Assembly (NCBI RefSeq): GCF_000143415.4
Contig: NW_003314309.1
Span: forward strand, 186,001-250,000
DNA length: 64,000 nucleotides
Source: Selaginella moellendorffii
Lineage: Eukaryota; Plantae; Lycopodiophyta
Reading direction: 5' to 3'
A program made the position numbers and the translations under genes. Positions 50,870 through 61,140 of this stretch are shown here, piece by piece (within the stretch, counting starts at the first letter, position 1; each line of letters begins with the position of its first letter). The notes below the pieces were generated by a model, which was given only the letters and a program-made list of their open reading frames with translations, ran no database searches and was not told the origin of the DNA.

Positions 50870-53130
50870 CTCGTCCACCATGTTGCTGCCGTCCTTTCTA
50901 CCTTTCAGTTTGTAATCGACCGCTTGATGAAGTGAACTCTTCTTATCCGCTTACCGGTAGATGCTCGCCATCAGAACGTATGCAGCCGAGTCATTCTCGT
51001 CGATCTTCGTCAGTGCCTCGAACGCAATCCTCCCCACTTCCACTTACGGCAGGCCCCGAGGACGCTCCCCCAAACCACAGCATCCGCTCTCAAAGGCATG
51101 CTCTCAAGGACTTTCAAGGCCTCTTCCAGTCGGTTAAGAGATCCACCAAGCTGCTGTAGTGATGAATCCCGCAAACAATGCCAGAATCCGGGTCCATTGC
51201 CTGGAAAAACTCCCTGCCTCGTTCAACTAGGCCGCCGTGGCTGCAAGCAGTGATGACCGAGACAAATGTGATTGCGTTTGCTCGCACGCCATCTTCTCGC
51301 ATCTCGCGAAAGGCTTCGAACACGCGCGACGTGTCACCCTGTTGGCCGAATCCCGTGACCAGTGCATTCCAGGCGACGATATCTCGGACTGCCAGAGATC
51401 CAAACAAGTGCTCGGCCGCACTCATAACTCCGCACTTCCTGTAGAAGTTTACTCCCCACAACTTGATCGTCTTCCAGCCCACGCCTGTAAAGCTCAGCCT
51501 GGAGTTTCCTTCCAGCTAGGCCGTAAGTCCCGCTACAAGAGTCTGAGAGTTTGGAGCACAGTCCACTCCAAGAGTTCCAGCCCGAGCTCACTCTCACCGT
51601 TGTCTATATATCCCTGTATCAAGCTCGTCCAAACGACAACGTCCAGGCTAGGCATGCGTTTGAAAACTGCTCGAGCTTTCACCATATCTCCACACTTGGC
51701 ATACATGTCCACCAAGCTGCTCCCGACAAATCTGTGCTCGCAGCGTCCAAACTTCGCGGCGAGAGAATGAATCTCCATCCCCTTTTCTAGGCTCTGGATT
51801 CGCACTAGCTTTCCATCTTCTCGCGGAACAGGTGGCTCGGACGCTGAAAGGTGGACGCAGGCCATGAGCGCAGCAACAAACGTTCTCTCGTCCGGATCGT
51901 TCTCCCGAGCCATGCCGAAGAACAGCTCCAAGGCCAGCTTGCTGTCTCCACTTACATCGGCCAGCCATGCCATCGAAGACCTTGCGAGCTTCCTCTAGCT
52001 TCTCACACTTCGCGTACATATCAATCAGAGTGTTCCCCACGAACACGTCCTCACAGCACCTGTTGTTTGAAGCTTCACCGTGGATAGCCGCCCCGGTTTC
52101 CAAGCTCTTTCTCTTCACGAGTTTGCCGTCGACATCCACCGCTTCTTCTCGCATTGCCGAGCTCGCACAGGCGGCAAGCGCAGCAACACACGTCCGAGAG
52201 CTTGGACAGCACCCAGATAGCTTCATATCTTCGAAGAACACGAGAGCCAGCTCGCTTTCCCCGTTGTCCACAAAGCCTTGTATCAAGCTCGTCCAGAGCA
52301 CGACATCACGACGAGGCATGCTCTCGAAAACCATCCGCGCGTCGACCTTGCTCCCACACTTGAGTACCTGTCACTTGGCTGCTCCCCACGAAGATATCTC
52401 CACAGCAGTGGCTTTTCACAGCTCCATCGTGAACAGCGAGCTCCTTCTTCAGGCTCTTCGTCTTCACCATCTTTTGATGGCCTCCTCTTTCACTGCTAGA
52501 TTCGCACAGCCCTTGGCAGCAGCAACGAAAGTCCGAGAGTTTGGCGAGCAGCCCATCTTCCCAAAGAACTCGAGAGCGACCTCGCTTTCTCCATTCTCTC
52601 CAGGAGACCACGTCTCACTGTGGCATCTCATCGAAGACCGATCGAGCATCGAGCATGATGCCGCACTTAGCTCGAGAGGAAAACGTCTTCGCTGCAAGAC
52701 GGTCCCATCTGCTTGGCTTGAGAATGGATGCCTCTGCCGGTCTCGAGACTAGCCTCCTTGACGAGCTTCCCATCGACCAAAACAGCGTCTTCCTTCGCCG
52801 CGAGGCTGCTACAAGCCTTTGCCGCGTCCTGGAGTTTGGCTTGCATCCTCTCGAAGAGATCCAGAGCCACATCGCTCTCGCCATTGGAGACGTAGCCCAG
52901 CATCAAGGACATCACGTTTGGGTGAAGAATGCTGTCGAACACGCGGCGGGAATCCTCCATGCTGCCGCATTTCGCGTACATGTCTCCCCAGCTGCTTGCT
53001 CTCCGCCGCCTGGGCGTGGATCGCCCAGGCGCAAATTGCCCTAGCGCAAATCCCTTGTGACCTTGGGCGCCCGCGGCGGCGCTGCCGAAGGAGCGAATGC
53101 TGGTGCGGCGCATCGAATCGCTGCCGTCGC
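50870..53130 (-). pseudogene. PLS/E-class PPR pseudogene, unit 3
   Basis: Same PPR motifs as units 1 and 2, frameshifted. Confidence 0.85.
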
Positions 53131-53234
53131 CAAGTCTCATCCATCGCAAGAACCCTAAACATTTGCTAGCAACATGGAAATTCAACCAAGGCCGTCGATT
53201 CAAGAATATCTGACGGTTGGAAATGAATCGGGGA

Positions 53235-53396
53235 CCATTAGCCTGGAAAAACCTTGATGTACTCGGGAAAAATCGCCTTGTACAACCCAGCGTAGCCTTG
53301 GGTGCGAACAATGTGCCTCAGCGCGCTCGCAATCCCAGGCTTGTAAGCCGGTGTCCATCTCCGGTCGCCCTCGAGTTAAGTCGATCGGAAACACCG
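53235..53396 (-). pseudogene. Mitochondrial carrier remnant, unit 3
   Basis: VFPIDLTRGR and GYAGLYKAIFPEYIKVFPG (GLY[KR]G-like carrier motif). Confidence 0.7.
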
Positions 53397-54659
53397 AAAA
53401 GCGTGGTCAGAGTTCCTTATAAAGGCTAAGAAAGCTCTCCCGTTGATGGATTGTGGAAAGTGTGTCATAGATGCGGATGCATAGCAACATCTACACGCAA
53501 GAGCACAAAAGCTGTCAAGGGAACAACCAACAACAACGATCACAAAGCTCAAGGTGAGGAAATTCAGGAGAAGACTCAGGAACAAGATCCTGAACATGTA
53601 ACCACCTTGCAGGTTCCAAATTAACAGTCGTCAAACCAGAGTGTAACATGAACATGACCCAGCAGGAGCAGTCTCCAGCATCTCCACCACACACAGCAAC
53701 ACCAACACAACCAGCTCTCAATGCCGATGCTAAGAACATGCTGCATCACTGCAAACACCACAGTTGAGAGCATCCTGAGCAGGAGTGATGCTGCAAGCCT
53801 GAGCTTACACTGGATCTTAAGCTTGGCATTTCTCCAGTTTGTGGACAAAATGTAGTGTCTCCAGTCAACACCACAAAGCAGATTTTGCAAGGCTTTTCCA
53901 CAACAAGCAGACGAGCATTTTCATGCGAGACAGAGTCCAATCAACACCTTTGTCTACCAGCCCCTACATGCAAAGCTCATGAAGATCCAGAACCATATTC
54001 TCCAGCTCAAGAGGAGCATTTGAGGTACAACTTTCTAGAGATCTGTATGTGCAAAGATTTAGCGCATGAACAAGGAACTCCCCAAGGAGAATGTAGAGCT
54101 TCGCAATGAGATCTGACAGCTCAAGGTGAAGCAGCTGTAGGGATAGGGTGCGCTACAACAGAAGAACAAATTCAAGAATGAGCTCTTTGGAGTCATAGCA
54201 GCAATAAAACAGCCCAATGCCGTGGAGAAGTGAGAGCTTCAAGATGAAACTTAACTCAGTTGTGGGAGAAAAGTGGGGTATAGAAAATCAACTTTATATT
54301 TAGAAACATCATCCTAAGTCTTGAGATTTAAACTTTGAGACTCAAGAATAAGAATAGTGCTTTCATCATCAATGCCCATCCATATGCTCAAAATCTAAAG
54401 TACTCAAGCAATGCTAAATTTATCTTTGCTCATGATTTTGACAAAAACCTTCATAGGGATTGAAAGATTTAAGTCATTCCTTTTTTACTTTTTATATGTT
54501 TATTTGTGTCTAGCTGAAGCAAAATGCAAAATCAAGTCAAGCAAATGTAATAGCAAGCATCCACTTTACTCTCACCTTCTTTTTTCTTTCACTCTTATTT
54601 TATTTTCCTATTTCTTTCTTTTCTAATACAAGCTTTTAGTATATAGACTTTTGCCCAAG

Positions 54660-55449
54660 TTTTTAGGAATGGCTTGTTTTGATGTTTAAAGGGATGATTG
54701 CAAAACACATGAACTTTCAGCATTTAGATTGAGATGGATATTTGCCATTTCTTTGGTATACATATATCACAGGGTATAAAGTTCTATTAATGCTTCACTA
54801 TATAAACTTTTATATAGTCATTATTTAGAGTTGAGTTTACCTTTGTGATTGTCATAAGGTGCCGATGCTTAAGTCTTGGGATCAATATTTGATAAGCATT
54901 CTTCCACTCATTCGAGTAAAGTTTATTGAGCATTTAGGCTGTGTATAAGTGAGATAATAACAACACAACAACTTCCATCATCGTTCACCAGTGGAGTACA
55001 AAGTGGATGACTTGGTGTTAATCCATTTTCCCAATGTGTGCCAAATGAGCAAACTTAAACACTTTCTATAAATAGCATTTGGGACCGAAATGAGACTAAC
55101 ACAAAGGGCATGATGGCGAGGGTGTTTGGCAAACATGATAAATTATCATTTAGTGAATATTGAGGGAGCAAGCTCAATATTACAGGGGTTTTTAATATTA
55201 GCAAGTGCAAGCTAATGACAAGAGTTTCTCAAACTAGGCCGAGTATACTCAGCAAGAAATACATGGGGTTCCTACTTTATGTTTATCTAATTTAAATATA
55301 TGGTCATTGACCAGTTTCTCAATTAGTACAAGAGGGATTGATAAAAGGTCTAGCAAAACCAACCTCCTACTATTATGGTAGTAGAGAAAGAATATCTGAA
55401 AGGACTAACTAACAAATAACTTTAGATACCCAAAATCACATTCACAACA
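54660..55449. mobile_element. Gypsy integrase fragment (54660-55035) fused to a fragment of the 22842-24180 LTR (55036-55449)
   Basis: Homology to 8680-9050, and to 23560-24180 without the 5S-containing insertion. Confidence 0.7.
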
Positions 55450-56530
55450 CAATTTCTCCTTTCCTCTATTCTTTTTCTTCTAAGGCTTGGGCTTCTTCCC
55501 ATCAATCTTCTTGTAGATTCAATGCTGCCCATCTGGCTCCCCACAGCCCCTTGAGATGTGCACAGAGATCCACCCCCTGCACATTGAAGTAATTGTGCCT
55601 AAATATGATGGATCTACCATCGGGCCACATGGGTGACCATGTGAGATTGATGTTCATCCATGCCAAGTGGAAATCATGCCTAGCATCCACTTCAATTAAA
55701 TCTGCTGGGATCCCTAGCTTGCACAGCTTGTAGAACTATGTGTTGATGGAGAATGACACTGGCATAATGTTGTCACTGGCATAATGTTGTCATTGGCATT
55801 GGAGAAGGCCATATTTTGCAAGAACTGGTTGAAGAGAATCACATTGCTGTGCACCTAGAAAAATTAGAAGTTGATATGGCTCTTTGTTTTACTGTAAATA
55901 AGGAACCATATTAACTTATAGTTTTTCTAAGTTCAGCAAAATATATAGCAAAAGGTAATTATATTTGAAGGTTTTTAAGCATGTAAATTATACTTCTATT
56001 GAATTCTTTTTTATAAAGAAAATTTTAAATAATATGTACTTATTTTTATTATATTTAAATGGGATTTTTGATAATTCATACAAAGCTAAACCTTAATTCA
56101 CATTGATGTTAATCAAACAATGGTACTTAAGTAATCTAGTTTAACAAAATTTAATTAATTTATACACTGTCATTAGTGTAACTAAAAACTACTTGTCTCA
56201 AAAAAAAATACCTGTTCTTTATTTTTGTCTTTAAGTATCTAAAGTGACACTTTGAGGAGTAGTGACTTATGCCGTGTAGCCTCCTAGATATCAAGAATAT
56301 TTAAGATCCTATGATATTCTATTACATAGTGTAAGAAAGAATAGGGACTGAGAGAGCACAAGATAAGGACATGAATCTGCTCGTTGAGAGCTCTCACCAC
56401 CTTTCTGAATTATTAAAAATAGCAGATTAAGATTCTTTACCTAATCAGACATCCATTACAAACCATGGTCAGCACTCAGACTCAGAGTGTATGGAGCGAA
56501 TATACTTGATGGGCCGCCCTAATCACGCGA

Positions 56531-57952
56531 ATGGCGAGGTCCGTGCTCGTGATAAACTCTGGCAGCTCATCGATCAAGTGAGTAAAGATTTTTGTGAAGA
56601 AAGAGTTCCTCTAGAGGGTCAATGTATCGCAGGTATGCCCTGTATCATCTGGGAAGAGTGGCTTCTTGCATTTTCCAGGGCAGTGTGGAAGGCATTGGAA
56701 CTTCCAAGAGCTCCATCTCCCACAAGAGCATCTCCACTGCCCAAGATCTAAAAATCATGGTATTTGTGTTCCAGCAATCTTAAAGCCTTTGTACATGGAT
56801 AGCTGGGTTGCTAATAGTTTTTTGGTTTTCTTCCAGGGAAAATGTATTGGAGACCACGAAGCTGGTCTCAAGAAAGTGATGGATTTGCTCCAGCAGCCAC
56901 AAAACGTTTGCGCTGTTGGGCACCGAGTCGTTCACGGCGGCGAGCAATTTAGCAAACCAACGCATATAACTCAAGAGGTGAAGAAAGCAATCGAGAGGGC
57001 TGTTCCTCTAGCTCCACTTCACAATCCAGCAAACTTGGAGGTAACAAATCTTAACTTTCTTTTTTCCAAAAGGAAAAATCCATTTTTTTGTCTCTCTTAA
57101 AAAGATCACAAAATTTTCCAGGGAATTCGAGTTGCTGAGGAGCTCTTCCACTGCCCCCACGTAGCCGTCTTTGACACAGCCTTCCACTCCACCATCCCCC
57201 GGCCGTCGTACACGTACGGAATCCCCTGGAAGCTGTACGAAGAGCTGGGCGTACGGCGCTATGGCTTCCACGGGACGAGCTACCAGTTTCTTCTTGGCGA
57301 GGCTTCTCGCGCCCTTGGAAGGCCAGCGCTGGAACTTAATCTCATCGCCTTCCATCTCGGCGCTGGAGCGAGCATGTGTGCGATCAAGCACGGGCAATCG
57401 ATCGACACAAGCATGGGAATGACTCCACTCGAAGGTTTAGTGATGGCTACTCGGAGTGGCGACGTTGATCCGGCGATCTGGCCCTTCCTCGCAGCGCACA
57501 GATCCATGGGCTTGGCCGAGATCGATGCTTTGCTCAACAAGGAGAGTGGGATCTACGGGCTTTGCGGAGACAAAGATATGAAAGAAGTTGTGCAAGCCGC
57601 GGATAGTTCCGACAAGCACAGGCTAGCGCTGGAGGTGTACGTCCACCGTATAAGGAAGTATCTGGGAGCGTACATGGTTGATCTCGAGGGGAAAGTTGAC
57701 GCGCTGGTGTTTAGCGGTGGCGTTGGCGAGAGGTCGGCTAAAATCCGGTCCATGGTTTGCGAGAGGCTGGAGGCTTTTGGAATCCAGGTTGACGAGGAGA
57801 AAAATGGTAAAAGCTTGAGAGAGATCCACAAGGATGGTTCGAGGATCAAGGTTTTGGTGATACCGACCGACGAGCAGCTTTGTATTGCGCAGCAAACTCG
57901 CGAGGTTTTGGAGAGTTTGGAAGCTCCGGTTCGTGAGAAGAGTGGGGGATAG
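56531..57952 (+). CDS. ackA: Acetate kinase, 402 aa, exons 56531-56577, 56633-56759, 56837-57040, 57122-57952
   Basis: The spliced ORF is in frame and has [78 protein letters not shown] and VIPTDE. Confidence 0.93.
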
Positions 57953-58259
57953 GATTCACTAGAAAACTTGGATGATCTTGGTTGTAAATAGAATGGATTG
58001 ATCGAGGTTATAAGAGAACAAAAGTTATCGCTACATGGTCTTTTAAGTAAAACTACTGAAAGCCATACACCTCTACTATAGCTTGATCTCTTCGCTTCGA
58101 ATCGCAATCATCGACGAATTGGCAAGGAGAGCGCTGGATTCTTTGATCTTCTCGAGCATCACATCAGCTGCAAGAACCAAGTTGATAAGTATTTGACGAC
58201 AAGTTTATGACGTGAGACTGATAGACAGGACTTACACATGATTTGTCTTAGCTGAGTTA

Positions 58260-60224
58260 TCACCATCTGTATAGATCACAAGAACACGGTTGAGATAAAG
58301 CAAAGCGATGAACAAATGCCACTTACGGATTTCCAGGAGGGCCTTGTTGTTGTTGTTGCTGCTGCGGCTGCTGCTGTGCCGGATTGTAGCCTCCAGGATT
58401 GCTTCCTCCGCCTGGGTTGTATCCATTGTTGTTCCCAGTGTTATATCCGCTTCCCGGATTAAAACCTCCACCTCCGGCACCCGAGGAAGGATTGCTAAAA
58501 CCTCCCTGGCTTGGATTGTTAAATCCTCCTGGACTGCTTCCTGGACCACCACTATTGCTTCCCGGATTGTTGAAGCCTCCCGTACTATTGCCTGGACCAC
58601 CACTGTTGCTTCCAGACGGAGTGTTGAATCCTCCTGGACTATTTCCTGGACCACCACTGTTGCTTCCCGGATTGTTGAATCCTCCGGGATTGTTACCCCC
58701 GGAGCTAAATCCAGTCGAAGAGTTTCCAGCACCAAACCCGCCAGGATTACTTCCATAGCCTCCACCCGCATTTCCTCCTGGACTAGGAGACCACCCCGGA
58801 TTTCTACCTTGTGCACTAAAACCACCTGGACCGTTTCCGGGATTCGAGCCAGGACCCGAGTTGAATCCCCCTGGACCGCTCCCAGGATTGGAGTTGAATC
58901 CGCCAGGAGCGCTTCCGGCATTTGGATTAAATCCTGGATTGTAGCTGCCACCTCCTGGAGCTGGACTTCCAGCATTCATCGCTCCAGCCGGTGCTGCTCC
59001 AACAGCCGCTCCCACTGGTGCTCCAACCGGCGCTCCAAACGGAGATCCACCGGGTGGAGGATTCACCGGAGGCAGCGGCTTAACATTTGGATTCGGCCAA
59101 GTTCTTCTGCTAGCTCGACTCCCACCAGCAAACTCGGGACCAACCGGAGGTCCCTTGTAGTTTGGATTCGGCCAGACTTTGCCACCTTTCTTCCCAATGC
59201 CTGCGAACTCCGGACCGACTGGGGGACCCTTGTAGTTTGGATTCGGCCATACTTTCCCCTTGGGAGTCTCGTAGATCGGTGGAGGACCTTTGTAGTTTGG
59301 ATTCGGCCATGTCTTGCCACTGCCTTTGCCACCGCCGCCCCAGACGTACTTTGGATCGTCACCCTTGTAGTTTGGGTTCGGCCACACTTTTCCAGTCCCT
59401 CCTTTGCCAGTGCCGCTCACGAAAGGCTTGTCCCCGGGCTTTGGCTTGTAGTTTGGATTCGGCCACACTTTTCCACTGCCTTTGGTGAAGGTCACAAAGT
59501 TGTCCTTGCCATCTTCCGGGGGCTTGTAGTTTGGATTCGGCCAAGTTTTCCCACTGCCATACTTGCTGAAAGACGAGCCTCCAGTCGACCACACGTAGTT
59601 GTCACCAGGCTTGGGCTTATAGTTTGGATTGGGCCAAACTTTCCCGACTCCTTTGCCACCTTTGAAAGATCCACAGCCAAATGGCTCGTCCGAGACTTTG
59701 TACTCGGGATCCATGAGAGGATGAGGCCAGCCATCCCCGTCCCTGTAAATCTTCTGGTTTGGATCGATTCCACCACCAGTGTTCTCGGTCTTTGCCGCTC
59801 CATCGGTGCCTGCTGGAGATGGAACTACATCTACCACAGCGCTGGAAGCTGGCGTGGTAGAGCCAAAAAGCCCACCGGGACCCCATAGACTGGAAGAGCT
59901 GGAGTTTCCACCGCTGCTAGTGCTGCTATTGCTGGAACTCTCCCACGGCAATGCGCTCGGGGACGAGGAGGAGCTAGAAGAAGGATTCCATGAGCTCCCA
60001 AGATCACTGCCAGATGCGGCCTCCGGTGCCCTGAGCAGCCGAAATCGCGTCCTGGAGAGCTCTCCTCCAGGCCCTAATCGCTGGACCCTAAGACCGCTGC
60101 TGCTGGAATGCCGCGAGAGGAGATCCCTGTCGACGCCATTGCCGATTCCAGCCGCGGGCGCTGAAGAAGAGGAGGACGATCGCGCTAGCGGCGGCAGCGG
60201 CACGCTCACTACCTGCGCCGCCAT
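58260..60224 (-). CDS. Uncharacterised Gly/Pro/Asn-rich repeat protein with a plastid-transit-peptide-like N-terminus (~634 aa; probable intron 58267-58326)
   Basis: Long GC-rich ORF. ATG at 60224 (MAAQVV) or 60239. Eight K[VT]WPNPNYK-type repeats, GGFNNPG repeats and a polyQ tract. The ORF stop lies inside a GTAAGT donor; splicing gives ...GNPW*. Confidence 0.8.
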
Positions 60225-61140
60225 AGCACTCACCAGCATTCCTTGCGCATCCACACAGCTCCCACGAAGAAAAATCCCTCTAGGGTTTTGGATAAGGGTT
60301 TAACAAGAAAAATATCTAAAAGCAGTATATTCGTGTAGTGTTAGAGGATATTCTAATTGGAGCATATATTCTTTAAAGGGACCAGAGTGAGCTTAAAATA
60401 ATGCATACTAAAAAACAAATTAATATATTTCTTGAAGTACGTTTTTGAAGTAAATTCAATATATATAAAAATTATGAATTGCAAACCTTGTTAGAACTAA
60501 AAAATGAAAAGAATTAAATAGATAAAAACAATAAAAACACCTTTATTTACTTTCTTCATCTTTACCTTTAATAAAATTTTATTATAATTTTATTAATTTA
60601 TAATCTTTTAAATATTTCTTAATTTATATGGAAAAATTAAGAACTCATCTATTAGAATTATGTATAATTTTAGATACTATTTATTTATTATTTGGATTTT
60701 TCTTTTTATTGTTATTTTTTTAAGTAAAAATATTTATGAATGTTCATCTAAAGATTGGGAAACATCTTTTCTCTTTAAATAATAAAAAAATTTATGTATA
60801 AAAACATTTACATCTTTTCTATACTTATCATAATAAATTTCTAAGCAACAAAGCATTATTTCCCATACTACAAGCAGACTTAGCCTTGTTATCAATGGGT
60901 TTGTCCCTTTTCACTTGACTCCCCCAAGTACTTGCTTGTTAATGATCCAAATCATATTTTAAAAACTATATTTTTTTAATAAATAATGATAAATATCAAC
61001 TTATAGCTTTTCCCAATTCAGCAAAATATATAACAAATGATGATTATGGATGGCAGAACTGGTCATTTAAAGGTTGCTTTCAACATATAAATCATAATAT
61101 TATAAATCATCATGTCAATAGAATATAAAACATATATATA

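Noticed and set aside
56531-57952. Bacterial contamination as the source of ackA
   Set aside because: It has three spliceosomal introns and a paralogous pseudogene embedded in plant repeats.
59080-59640. Regularly spaced conserved DNA repeats (ttgtagtttggattcggcca) with variable spacers, CRISPR-like in appearance
   Set aside because: They are in-frame coding repeats with synonymous variation in a eukaryotic gene, with no cas genes. The resemblance to the calnexin P-domain NPxYKG motif was also judged superficial because there is no lectin domain.
58232-59888. 526-aa plus-strand ORF with VVWIRP repeats and other overlapping ORFs
   Set aside because: Antisense or alternative-frame shadows of the Gly/Pro repeat gene.
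55908-61040. ~45-bp similarity between 55908-55955 and 60993-61040
   Set aside because: Too short and AT-rich to define an element.
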